Below are positions 51,500 through 64,000 of a stretch of 64,000 bases of DNA, piece by piece. Made by a program: the position numbers and the translations under genes. The stretch is from Raillietiella orientalis (Eukaryota). The notes under the pieces were generated by a model. That model did no database searches. It had not been told where the DNA came from and saw nothing but the letters and a program-made list of their open reading frames with translations. The first letter of the stretch is position 1; each line of letters starts with the position of its first letter. The stretch spans positions 3,286,001-3,350,000 of the forward strand of contig JAYWIR010000002.1 of assembly GCA_036172245.1 (NCBI GenBank). The letters run 5' to 3'.

Positions 51500-52150
51500 G
51501 AGACTCTATATGGTGCCGATCTCCCTCGCGACTTCTTCTGGCAGTTGAAGCCACCTTGCTGCTGCCTTCATGATGGCTGCTGCCATGCTGGTGGCCTCTC
51601 TTCAATGCGAACTTGATTCCAACATGTGGCGGACCGTCATCATGGCCCGGCTGCAACAGATCGTTGCCATCATAGCGCCCTTCTCCGGTCCATTTCCGAT
51701 GAAGAAGCGCCGCAGCAGGTTCGTGGCATAGTCCTGGGATTGACGAAGGGCGAAGCGAATCTCCTCCACGAGTCCTGCAAGGCACTACAGTCTAACAAGA
51801 GGTGCGGGAGCGATTCCATCGCCCCGCATCTAAGGCAGTTTGGGGAGGCAACTCCTCGGAAACCAGGTGTCTGCGCTGACTCTACTGAAATTCTCGGTGC
51901 AAGAACAGCAGAACTGAACAGAATCCTGTTTCCACCGGAGCGGGAACACGGAGGTGTCCACACACCGGGGAAGGACCACGAGTTCTTTGAGGGCACATCA
52001 AGTAGCTCACTCCAAAGCAGCCCTCTTGCCCGGAAACGAGGAGTGATGCTGTCCATCGAACAACTCGCTCGTCTTGCAGCCGTCTAGGAGTTTTTCGACT
52101 CCTGCAATGTTGTAGAACAACTTCCACCCCACCGGTCGGCTGCTGTCATT
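51500..52150 (-). mobile_element. Decayed non-LTR retrotransposon (L1/Tx1-like) ORF2 C-terminus
   Basis: SPNCLRCGAMESLPHLLLDCSALQDSW fits the zf-RVT motif C-x2-C..E-x3-H-x4-C..W. Confidence 0.65.
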
Positions 52151-55100
52151 GCTTGTCCTGAGGGCAGACAACGCTGCAGCAAGGGGTGAGACGGCTAACC
52201 GGGACAATTACGTCCAATCCTGCGGGAGATCTACCAGCGGTTGGCGTAGGAGAACCTGCAGCGCTCGCAGTTCCTCTGAGAGCACTTCCAAAGAGGCAAA
52301 CCAAAACTCCAGCTACCCCTGCCTGGGCAATGGGCAGCAGGAATGCAGGTGCCCTGTTGCGCTCAGTCAACAACCGAACAGGGCGATCCCCAGACGACGG
52401 CTCACCAACCCGCTTTCAGTCTCAACGTGCGGTGCAAACTCGCCTCAGCATCCATGCTGCCTCGTGCAGAGAGGGATTCGGCCTTCCCTTGTCGATATAA
52501 CTCCTCGACCAAAAGTAGGGCAGCGTCCCGAGCAGGGCTGCACCGCGCCGTGCTAAGCCGTGTTCTCCTTCGCTGGAGAACGCATGCTTTTCTCTTCCGA
52601 CGGTCGCTTCGTACTTGCTGCTACCCGTACGAAGAGCGCTCTGTGGAAGAAGGTGGGCGTCACACGTGCGGAAGAGGCGTGGTTTTTCATCCGGCGAAGC
52701 CGGGGTGTTTTATAAAAATAGACGAGCAAGTCGGGAACTCATTTCCCGAAACAACAACAGCAACACAGAAGTTCATCGACACACATGTCGTTTCCTGGGA
52801 CACTCCGAAGCGAAAGGGAAAACAACAATAAACAAAGAAATAAAGGGAGGGTTGGGATGGGGGGTCTTTAGTTTGAGTCGCTTCTTCCTGCTCAGTAACG
52901 GTGCAGACTGCTGGCGTTTTCTGACTTGGTTGGGACTTCTTGTAAGTGAAGCCATCTCGCAGCCGTTCTCATTTAGGTGGCTGCTGTGCGAGTAACCTCC
53001 TTTCGCTGAGCCCAGGATCTCTCCAGGAGGCCCGAGATCCTGAAGTTTTTGCGAAAAATGACAAGGAGCTCTACCCACTCTTCGATTCAACTTCTGGTGC
53101 GGCCTCGTTCTCCAGTCCACACTGACCGCTGAGCTTGGTGACCTCGGAGATATGGCAGGTCATCCCTCCCACGCTGCAGATGCATCGGCCCCGACCATGA
53201 ACTAACGGACGCACGGAGTCCCGAATGGCCACACTCCGGGATCTGGGCAGCAGGACACCACCGCCCGGTGTCCCTGCAAGACGGGTGGCTCTGCCGTACC
53301 TTTCCCCAGCAGCAACGCGGTCGGGAGGAGCGGGTCGCACGGACCTCGGCCGTGCCGGTCGTTGAGCGAGAGGGCGGATGCTGCGGCCGCCCCTTCCGCA
53401 TTTTCCCTCACCCTTCATCAGAATCGCGCGGCACCGGAGGCCCGCCGCCAGGGTCGGCACGGCGCTCGCATCCGCATCCGTCAGGAGCGGAAGAAGCGCA
53501 GGCCTCCTTCTTGTCCGCCGCGTCTCGGATGTGGCGCAGCCTCGCAGGGACCTCTCCGGCTGAACGGTCTCAGGGGACGACGGGGAAGAAGGGATGGGAG
53601 AAAAGGGGCGCGACAAAGACGTTGCGTGCGGCTGCCCTCTCAGAAAGGGGAGAGGGAGGAGGCAGAATTTGGCCGCCGCGAAAGGGGACCACGACACGTT
53701 GCGCCTTTTCCGTACACAAGGGCGGGTCAGGCCAACGTTGGAGGGAACGAACCCGTGGTCCCAGGCTAGGTAGGAAGTCGATTTTCCCACGGGAATTCCC
53801 AAGGGCGGACCGGCGCTGCGCCCGAAGACACGACTTTTGCCGAAACGCCGGCGCCCCTGTGAACGAGTTCGGAGGACGCGTGGTGCGGCGACGTTGCTGG
53901 GCACCGCGCAGGCGAGAGGGGGAGCAGGTCGTCGGCGCGGGTCGCCATTCAGGCGCGGTCCCGTCGGAGTCGGACGGGAGAGAGGCAGCTGGAGCGTGCC
54001 GGGACGCGCTCGGCACCGGTTCGGGCACCGGATCCACACCGTCTCCTCTCTGTGGAACTCTTCGTGTGACCCCGATGCCTCGGGTGAGCTAATCTTTAGA
54101 GAAGATGGACACGGACTGAGGGTTTCGCACCACAGCTCTCACAGACAGTTGAAGAGGAGCTCCTGATCGATGCTGCCTATGACCCTTCTCAGGTCGACTT
54201 CGGCAGCCCTTGCTCCCTTCTCGGCTGCTGTCCTTCAAGGTACTCCTCCGCAGCTTTTGCTGTTTCGGGAAGCGACCGTGATCTCTTACTCGCGTCATTT
54301 GAATGAGGTGTGGGCTCAGAGAAAGATAGCGTCCATGGCTCGACCTGAGACCGCATAGGTTTGCTCCGGGCATCACTACGGATTCTGGCCGCTCGCCCAA
54401 CTTGCACGCTATACACCTTGGAAGGCAGCTTTATGTCCACGAGCGTGATGGTTTGCCAAGGCGGAGTGGGTCTCCCCTTTTTTTGGTAGGAGGAGCGCTG
54501 TGATCGGAAAGCGCACACGCTAGTCTGTCTTCCGAATCATCAGTGCCAGTTTTTGCACCAGGGCTCCAGTTGTGCCTCAGAGAGTTGGGTGAGTTCCGTG
54601 TACAACCCGTCGGTCCCTGGTACACTTTCTCCTTTGGGCCTTTGATAGCGAGTGCGATTTTGCCCCTAGAGAAGGGCCCTTCGGGCCGGCTGGCAGCCTC
54701 CTCTGGCAGCCCGCGCTCAGTCGCCTCTAAGAACTGCGTGGCGCAGCTCCCGCAGTGGACCTTCGTGTACGGGCGGGAACAGCATCGTCTTCGAACTGTG
54801 CATCGCACAGGTGTCGGCAGGGTGCACAGGAGGCCCTTCGGACTCGAGCGGCCCGCTGCACCCGGCCTCCAGGTTCGCCTCTGCCTCAGGCTATCTGCCG
54901 GAAGCGCGGACTTGGGGAAGCCCTTCCCTGCGCTCCCGTCCTTCATCCCGACCGAAAAAGACAGCGAAGATGCCACTCGCAGTGGAGATGCACGAATCTT
55001 TCGAACCATCCCAGTCTATCGTTGGAAATGAAACAGTCCTCCAGGAAGGTTCCGAGTTCTCCCCGTGCCGCCCTCTGGCTTTTCCAGCCATCGGGCATCC

Positions 55101-55854
55101 TGAGAATACTTGATTCCGGCCCTCTGGGCCCCGAAAGGAACCAGATCCGTCGCGATCTTGGGATGAGTCGGCAGAGTGAACCGTGTTCGTCCTCGTCGAC
55201 CTGCCCACGGACACCGGTGGTCTCAGAGGAACACGCCGTCGGCGGAATCGGAAGTCACAGACTTTACAGCCAATGGGCGCGTGCACACGACACTGCCGCA
55301 CACAACCCATCGGCTTTCGCGCCTCATCTGAGAGAAGGAAGACGTTGAAGTCTCTCTGCCGTCGGGTAAGAGACGCGGCGCGTGCGCAGGCTGCAGATGA
55401 CCCTGCTGAAGTAACCGCACTTCCGCGGCCAGAGGACACCTCGCCATCCCAATCGAGTAGCAGCAGAGGACTGGCCCCTCACGGGCCTTGCCAGCCCAAA
55501 AGCTCCACTCTCTTTCGGCAGAGTTGTGAGCTGCAGGGCGCGAGACATTGGTCATGCCGAGGTCGATCGTGTCGGACCACCTGAGCATGCGCTGGTCTAC
55601 CCGACCGCTCCCATCCCGCCACACACTGCCTGCATCGAGGGATGGGAAAGGGGTGCGTCTCCGTGAGCGCGTGTGGAGGCACATTTCACCTCAAGGGTTC
55701 CTCTTGAGAAGTCTCTGACCTCGCATGTATCTGCGCCGGAGCATCTCCTGCGCACAGGATAGCTATGGGCAAGATCCGGGATCAACACAAGCCAAGTCCC
55801 TTTCCCGACTCTCTCCACATGGAAGGGTTGACTATGTTGATCTTCGCTCCGAAC

Positions 55855-56200
55855 AGGATCCTCCCACACCCGAACGAAGCTTTTTCGGAGACAGCACAGG
55901 ATCCCGTCCTGCATCCGAGGGACGTCGAGGCAGCTCGCTTTAGCGACGGAGCAGCCGCCTCCACGCTACGCAGGGAGGGAAAGTGCCAGTGCCATCTGAT
56001 GCCTGCAGCAGCGAGGAAGCGCCATCCTCGTCCACACCACTCTAGGCGCCAGGGTTCAGGAGGAACAAAGTCCGATGATCCTTCTCCATGCCCCGATTAT
56101 TTATTCGCTTTCTATCATCCTTCCGTCCCCTTTGCTGCTAGACAGCTCTCCCGCGGGGCCTAGTGGCGCGAAGGACAGTACCTAAGCCACGCCAGGGCTC
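55855..56200 (+). repeat. Direct repeat, copy 1 (identical to 63655-64000)
   Basis: Line-by-line identity from aggatcctcccacacccgaacg to gccagggctc. Confidence 0.97.
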
Positions 56201-59200
56201 CATTACGAGCCTGACTCCAAGTTCCCTGTTTATTTTCGATACACAGACGTCCCGGAGTGTCCTTCTCGCCGTGGGTCATCCATGTAGACGAAACAAAGGA
56301 CAAATTCGCCTGAGGAGAGAGTCCGTCATGCTCCAGCTCGGAACGGAAGGGTTCAAACCTCACTGGGGACGCAGGGTGAAAGAGGTCGTGGGTGGGAAAG
56401 GAGTTCCAGAGGGGAAATAGACAATGAACAGATCCAGTGGACTGGTCTCATGGTGAGGATTATCAAAGGTGACCAAAGAACCCTTTCACCGAATTCCCTT
56501 TCACCTCACCTCATTATTTATTTATGTTTCCTATTCGGCCTACTCCCACTTGCCACTCAAGAGCTCCCGGAGCTACTGTACGTCAGACAATGTCTCTGTA
56601 CACGGGATTTTTTCTGCCCTGCATATTTATTTATCGGTAAATAAGGAAATGTCAGTCCTCTGAATCTATCGACTCCGGGAGATCAGTTCCTATCCCTTCA
56701 TTTGTTCTCAGCTCCTTTCCTCATGCTGCTCAGCATATGGTTGCTAGAACGCTCTTTTTAGGATTGACTGGAGACTCAGTGTGATCTCAATTCGCATCTT
56801 TGTTTGCCTCCATAGAAGATGATGGTCGGGACCAATCCGACGTGAACTTCTCCATAATTGGGGACGCTCACTTTCCTTCTTTGCGTTAGAAGGTGCTAGA
56901 TGTGAGCTCCAAACTCTATGGGTACGTGTCGACCGGGATCCAATGCGGTGGGTCATCCAGTCTCATCGATGGGCAAAGAAGAATGGTCCCCGGTCCGAGT
57001 GTTTTCGCAGCAGAAGGAATCTCAGTCCCCGCTCTCGGTCCTGTATCCAAGTGGTGGCGGTGGTGGGGCGTTCCCACCTCATGGCAAGCAATTTGCTTCT
57101 GGTGTCACCGTAGCAGCCTGCTACAGGTGCAAACGGGGACTTCCTGTCTGTCTTGCCCTGTGCAAAGCAGGTCACTACCGTGGTAGCCCTCAGGGGATAT
57201 GTGCTCCTTCGTTCTGGATTTCTGAGACTCTGATGAGTGCACTGTCTCCCTGCTTTGAAAGAAAGTTCAGAGGATTCATCCTTTTAATCGGTGAGGAACT
57301 GCTCGGAGCTATTCTCCGAGGCATGATGCGTTGCTGCCTTCCAGTGATCTGCTCGAGCTGCTGAATGGAAGCAAGGAGCTCAGTGAGGTCGCCTCCTTGA
57401 AGGCTGCATTGAGGTTTCTCTCGTCTCTCAACACGCTGAAATCCAGAGTGGGATAAAACTGCTCCAGCAGCGCGCATACAGTCCTGCTGCAGCCCGCGAC
57501 GCGATCTCAGGGACCACAAGCTCCACGTTTCCTTAGTGGAGACTCGGATCTCAAGTAGCCACTTTCGAGTCACTTCAGTGACGCAGGTATCACGGAAATC
57601 CGAGCGTCGTGTTTGTTCAGCCCCTTCTTGTGCACCTGCGAGCTTGCAAGGTCGCAAACCTCTTCCATATTTTTATCCAAGGCGGCAGCACCCCGTCGCA
57701 TGAAAGCAAAGTGTTGAGGATTTTGATTCTTGAGGATAATTCACGCTCCACTCCGGCCTGAATCCTCATGGATCTTCAGGGCAGCGGATGTCGCTTTTTG
57801 GTCAGTAACACCGAACCGAGGAAAAGAACATCGCCTCGGGGTCCACTCTGTTCAGAGTGTCAAGGGAAACCGGAGGTTGGTTTCACGAATCGACGCCTGG
57901 GGATCGTCAGAAAAACATCAGCTTTCTCACCCATCGATTAGTCATTTCCTTTCTGGAATGCGATTTTCATTCTGATCCCACTTCCGGGATTGAAGATGGG
58001 GTGGTCAACGCGGGCCGCTCGCATCTCTTCCCAAGAGATCGTCTGTGCCACTTTGTCTGGTGGATACTCAATGGAAGGAGAAGTTGAGTTCCCCACAACT
58101 CCTCCCCTCCCGACAGCTCTCTTCCACTCTTGGCTCTTGCAATCTGTGCCTGGTTTCGGTGGCGTTTCCTCTAGGAGAGTGGTTGCGTCTTTCTATCCGA
58201 AAGGGAAGGAGCCTCAAGGCGAGAAACCGTTCCTTTTCCTTCTTTCCGAGAGAGACTGCCCCTTACTGTTTCACGGCCGGTTCTGGGGCGGATTGCGGAA
58301 CCTGCAAGAAGTATCTCTCCTCCTTCTGGAGCGCGGTGGAGGTGGCTCATCTCAAGTTTTCGTCAGTGGGGTTATCAGGGAGCAAGCCTTGAGTGAGTTC
58401 TTCTCTCGGAACACAGATTTTGCTGCCAGGTGTGTATCTGCGGACTCCTCAGGGAATCATTCTCCGGTTTTTTTTACTTCCGCCATCTGCACTCGCTGTG
58501 CAGGGTTACAATTCGCCCTTCCTCGCACGACGTTTGGGTGCCACCGCAACCAGCCTCTCTGAGCAATATCTTCTCTCCTTCCTTCCCCCTACTGTCTCGT
58601 GATGAATGGAATCTCATCGTGTTCCCCTCTGACAACCTCACAGATGCCCGTTTCTCTGAGCAAGGACGTGCAAAGTCCCAGCAGAACGGTTACCAAGGGA
58701 ACAAACTGGTTCCGCAAAGCACGAGTTACTCCTGATGCCTTTTTGACGTGTATTCTCCGTGTTTCCGGGACAAAAGACTTCCGGGATTCTTTCTTGTGAT
58801 TCCTAACGGAATTGATCCTGGATTTCCGGGAGGTGCTGCCGTAGAAACGGCATCAGTCGTGTCACGGCCTGACGAACTCGAAATTCCGAACCGACTCGTA
58901 TCGATTCTTCCATCCCCTTGCTTCGGGGAGGTTTCGGCTGATCGACACGAGCAGCGTGAGGAGCCCGTTGGCCCTGCGCAATGTGACCCAACAAGATAAG
59001 AAATCAGTCCATGTGCACGTAATGAAACTCCTAAGCGTTAATCAGAACTGCTTCGGATGCGTATAGGGTTGGTTCTATCACTCTTGGCATCTGCTCCAAG
59101 TGGCTCGCGAGCAGCAAACTGCAAGATCTCCCCTTTTCCTCCCCCCCAAAAATAAATAAATAAATAGATAAATTTCCGAAAAAAGGGGCTTCCTTTGGAA

Positions 59201-60459
59201 TGTAAGTTCCCAACATCTCAACATCCCTTCTTCTCTGGGAAATACTGCTCCTGCTGATCCGTTTGTATGTGGAACTTCTGAGATACATCGATGATTCTGG
59301 AAGCAGGGAATTCGATCTCTTCGAGATGTTGTCTCTTTTTTTCTCTTGCCTTCAAGACGCTTCGATCGTGATGGCGAGCTGTCGAGGAGAAACGTCACTA
59401 AGAGATGTCCCATGCTTAGAGGTCAGTGTTCAACCTCTGATCCGCTTCTGAGGCACTGGGAGCACCCCTTCCGCGCTAGCGCATCCACGTCCACGGACTG
59501 CATCGTCGGCTGTCTGTTCACGAATCGGGGGCGGGAGGCAGACGCTGCAGCGGAGGACACATTTGGCGCACGGAAATTCCTCCCTCCGTTTCCTGAAATT
59601 GAAAAAAAGGCAGTAGCATCTGTGGGAGAGACAGGAAAGGACTCGAACGTAGTCCACCACCTGCTTTACAGCAAGTCGGAAGACCTAGCAAGCGATTGGT
59701 TGTATCTGCTGGGGGATGTGGGGTGGCCCTTTTAAGGAAAGTCGCTGCACCCGGTACTCTTGGGTTCCCATTCCATCCACCAGCGTCTTCGTAATCCACG
59801 CTTCTCTCTTACTCCCTCTGAGAATACCGAGGGTGAGAAGACACCAATTCACTTACAGCTTCTGAGCTTCCAAACTTTTCCAGCTCTCGCTTCTTAAGAA
59901 GAAATGAAGCCTGTCTTCCTGATTATGAGAACAATCACATACTCCGTGTTACCTCTCGGCATCACGTAAAGTCACTTTCACACTTCCTCTTTCGAAAATC
60001 CCAAAGAAGCAGGAAGGGCAGGCATCAGGAGAGGGCTGTCAGCTTTCGGCAGTGAATATTCGAGTCCTGGAGTGAAAGTTTCGGATGCGCTTCCAGAATA
60101 GGCCTCCATACCTCTACGAGCACACTGTGTGTCACCACTTCCGTCCTTTTCAGCGCACGAAGAAATTCTGGTGCACCTCCTGGCAACGTCATTCATCATC
60201 TGGGGAAAAAGAGATGTACGGACGTGACTGCAGATGCCTCCCCCATCTTTTGAGCCCGTCTGTGCTGCCAACAAGCCGCCATTTTGCTGACAGTGTACTC
60301 CGGGTCTCTCCAGAATGGGAAACGCCTAGTTCCCACCGGTGGAAGAGTCGTTAGGGGATGCATGCGCCGCAGCAGCATGGGAGCGCTTCTTCACTTGACC
60401 GAGGCTGCTTCAGCATGGACGCGCATCCTGTCAAGACCTCGCAGCTATGGAAGGGCACA

Positions 60460-60870
60460 GAATAAGAAGAGCTTCCCTTCGCGGGCCCCTTCGGAGGCAA
60501 CCAGGGCAAGGACTCCCTTCGGAGTTCCCCACCAAGCGTAAGAAGACCAGAATCTTCCATTCAGAGCCTTTCTGGATTCATGAAAGATCCGATGCAACAG
60601 TCATAGGGTTGTTTCTCCTGATTGCCCCCTAACTGAAGAGTTATATTCAACCTCGGGTGGAATGGACGGTGTTAAAGAGCGTCTTGAGTTTCTTCTGAGG
60701 AGGCAAACGGTTCTTCAGCACTTGGCGAAACAAAAAAAAAAAGGCAACCTGGAAACAGAAAAAGCTGGGAGGAAATCAAAGAAAACAGGAAAATCCAAAA
60801 GGATTTCCATCATCACGGACCAAAAGCGAGAAAAGACGAAACTTTTGCAGGAGTGGACAACTCGGTAGGT
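60460..60870 (+). mobile_element. Diverged SINE 3' fragment
   Basis: cttcggaggcaaccaggg..cccttcgga..ttaaagagc..acggttcttcagcac..A-rich..aaggatttccatcat matches 13760-14070. Confidence 0.62.
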
Positions 60871-60879
60871 GGCGGACGC

Positions 60880-61400
60880 TGCGACCATGAGCGCCATACC
60901 CCAAGGACTTTTACTCTGGAACAATCTGCTCGACATCTCTCCGGAGGAGGTGGAGTGACCCCCAGAGTGCTAGAGTAGTGCAACTTTCCCCCTCAAGTGG
61001 TGGGAGTGTTGATGTGGTGGCACGGGGCAATCTCGTGAGAAGCGTGCCTTCAGCACTGGACACGGGCGGAAGAGTATGGACGCTCAGAGTACGGCAGGTG
61101 CGGGAAGGAGGCCCTCTTGCACCTACTATTGGACTGCTCTGCCCTCCAGCTCCTTGGGAATCGCCTCGTGATGATCCTAGGAATCCCAGAGGGCTACTCT
61201 AAGGACATTTCCAGAAGCCTCTTCGCGCGTGCCTCACTGCCGCTTGCCGCGTCGCTTACAGCGCTCTGCTGTCTCCGCGGGATGTTGGCGGCCTGGAACA
61301 TGGAAAGGAGAGGCTGAAGTGGCATGGACGCCATCCACTGGGCGAGGATCTTCCTGATCTTGTCCAAACTGAGAACCGCTTCGTGATGACCCCACCTGAG
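60880..61400 (+). mobile_element. Decayed non-LTR retrotransposon ORF2 C-terminus, same family as 51500-52150
   Basis: LLWNNLLDI (compare LLWSELLDV) and GRCGKEALLHLLLDCSALQ (compare HLLLDCSALQ). Confidence 0.62.
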
Positions 61401-63654
61401 CGTTATCTGGACGTTACTTGCCAGCATCCTGAAGGACGCTCTTCGGTCCTACGAGCTGCTTCCTCATCGGCCCGCGTTCCGCTGCCTTGCGGATGCGGCG
61501 CTGATCTCTATAGTAAAAGATGGGCAAGGCCACGACCCGGGGAGCCCTTCGCCTCCCTCATTCGGAGTGCGAGGAAACGTCCCGGGCTGCGCGAAGGCAG
61601 GAAAGGGCGCTCGAGGCCTCTTGAGGATCACTTCCTCCGGCGCGGTCCCTTCTCCGCCGCAGGCTCTCTTGGAAGTTGCATGCCGCATCGTGGAGCCGCT
61701 CCGTCGCATCCCACTTATTTATCTGCTTATTCACGGATCCTCCTCCTCCACCTTCGCCATTACTGGGCTGCTCTGTCCTCGGTGTAGTTCGAAGTCCCAG
61801 CTACAGGCAAGCAGATGCCTGATCCTCGCCTGCTTGTACATTACATATGATTTTACTCTTCTGTGCTCCCCAGAGGATGAACTGGATGTTTCTAGAGTGC
61901 CCTCGAAGGATCGATCTCTTCTCGGTAGCAGAAGATGGAAGCGTAGTCGCGGGTCGAAGGCATGGCATCCTGCGCCCTCGAGAGACGACAGCCTCCCCTC
62001 TTCCGCGTCGGCCGTCACACGGACGGACGGAGGATGCCTTGGGCAGTAGCTTGGGATGTGCACAGAGTCTTGCTCCACGTGGTGGTGCACGTTGCGATCA
62101 AGAGGGCAACAGCCCACCCGGTGGCCGCACTCGCTTTTTCCCTTGCTCGGAACGCTGTCTTTCGAGTAATCACTGAGTGTCGTTCGAGGACACAGCCCTC
62201 CTCTTCCCTCACCCTGCCCCAAATCCACCATGGAGACGAGCAGAAGTAGCCCAAGAAAAACCGATGAATAAGTCCCGTACATCGTTCCCAAGAAGAATGG
62301 CAGAAGTCCGCCCAAAACGCAACGCCTTCTTCACTCAACATTGGTTACAGGTATCCTCGCAGTTTATTCTTGCAGCCGTTGCTTCGTGCCGGAGACGGAA
62401 TCTCAGCTTTCCGAAGGCGGCCAGAGAGTGAAGCGGGGTACCTTTCGTGTGTCCCCGAAATGGCAAAGCAGTCTCCGATCTGCAAACACGCGAACCTTTG
62501 CAGGTCGAAAGTTTCCTGAAGAATGGGTGGAGTTCCTGGCGAGCAGCTGCTGTGGAACAGCCGCCGACTTCCGTGAGGATCACTGGCATCGAACGCCGGC
62601 AGCAGCAAGCAAGAGATGACGCGTGAAAGCTATACGGAGAAATCACTCGGTTGGCAATGCAGCTAGAAAACTGCCCTCGGTCTGCCATCTGTCTCCATGA
62701 ACGCCTTTGGATAAGTGGTAGTCATTTGTCTTCCAGAGGGTTCCTTCTCCAATGTTTCCTATGGAGCATCAAGGGAGAACATGGCAGTAGATGCCATCCA
62801 TCGGATGTTGTGGTGTTCCTCTTCAAGTAAACGAAGCTTCCAGTGCTTCAGTTGCTCCAAAACCTTCAAGGAGACACTGGCTATAATCCTGGAAGAGGGA
62901 GAAGAAACACGATCTGATTCATATGAGTCCCCTCCCTGTGTTTCACTCAGTAGGTACACTGGAGCTGTCAAATGTAACGAGACAGAGAGAAGCGGATGAA
63001 GAAAATCCTCTGTAGAGGGAATCGCGCGTGTGCGCAGCAATGGATCTGTAGCTGATTAGAGAATGCACTGCTTACGCATCAAGCCGTTCAGTTGTTTGAT
63101 ACGAAAGACAGCGGCCATTCATGGGGGAATCTCACGCGACCCATGGATCCCTTGGAGGGCACTCAAACGAACACTAAAGACATGAAGCACGAAAGAGAAG
63201 CGAAAGTGAGCAACCATTGGGGGGGGACAGCTTCTGGACTCTCGCCATTAAGGTGGATAGGATCATGACCAGATGAATGTCTGGCTGATCTTCGACGAAC
63301 GCGGAAGAGCTCCGGTCTTCTGTGAATGGTCCTCAATACGAGCTCCACAGGAGAAAGCCTCGCATCCGAAACTTCTTTTCCGACACACAGGTTCCGCGAC
63401 CATGGGTTCAAAGACTGATGAGCTTGACGGACCTCTTGTGTTGCTTTCTCTCCCGAGAAGAACTGCAGGTCTCCCTTGTGTCTTGACAGCTCCGGGTATC
63501 CCCTCCGGATCCAGCAGGAGATTCCAGCACCTGAGAATTTCACGAAACTGAATCAAACACTGTCTCCGCCTAACGAGGGGCAAAGCTTTCCCCAAAGTAT
63601 GTGGGTGCGTCTTCGGGGAATTTATTTTGAAATGCAAAGCTCTGTGCTCGGACA

Positions 63655-64000
63655 AGGATCCTCCCACACCCGAACGAAGCTTTTTCGGAGACAGCACAGG
63701 ATCCCGTCCTGCATCCGAGGGACGTCGAGGCAGCTCGCTTTAGCGACGGAGCAGCCGCCTCCACGCTACGCAGGGAGGGAAAGTGCCAGTGCCATCTGAT
63801 GCCTGCAGCAGCGAGGAAGCGCCATCCTCGTCCACACCACTCTAGGCGCCAGGGTTCAGGAGGAACAAAGTCCGATGATCCTTCTCCATGCCCCGATTAT
63901 TTATTCGCTTTCTATCATCCTTCCGTCCCCTTTGCTGCTAGACAGCTCTCCCGCGGGGCCTAGTGGCGCGAAGGACAGTACCTAAGCCACGCCAGGGCTC
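63655..64000 (+). repeat. Direct repeat, copy 2, truncated by the window end
   Basis: 346 bp identical to 55855-56200, offset 7,800 bp. Confidence 0.97.

Noticed and set aside
55855-64000. LTR retrotransposon bounded by the identical repeats
   Set aside because: There is no TG start, no visible PBS or gag/pol, and the interior is old mixed repeat debris.

Overview
Metazoan genomic DNA, probably from an invertebrate and arthropod-like, with two sharply different compartments. (1) About 1.2-8.3 kb is an AT-rich, CpG-poor, very compact housekeeping cluster with mostly 37-54 nt introns. It holds MOGS/glucosidase I (+), then on the minus strand presenilin, MOCS2A and MOCS2B in tandem. (2) From about 10.95 kb to the end the sequence is GC- and CpG-rich and full of decayed repeats. 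One real gene is hidden there: a minus-strand PH-domain (PLEKHB/evectin-like) gene whose five coding exons I joined in frame across 17 kb, including a 28-nt microexon. The compartment also contains at least 8 fragments of a tRNA-headed SINE-like element with a ~40-bp CTTCGG-rich internal repeat array, many decayed L1/Tx1-like LINE remnants, a near-perfect ~60-nt hairpin, and an identical direct repeat 7,800 bp apart that runs off the window end. The best leads are the presenilin-MOCS2A-MOCS2B arrangement (a shared ATG-ending exon and operon-like poly(A)-then-acceptor spacing), the SINE family and the compartment boundary. Most long ORFs in the GC-rich part are compositional artefacts. All calls were made by eye; no searches were run.
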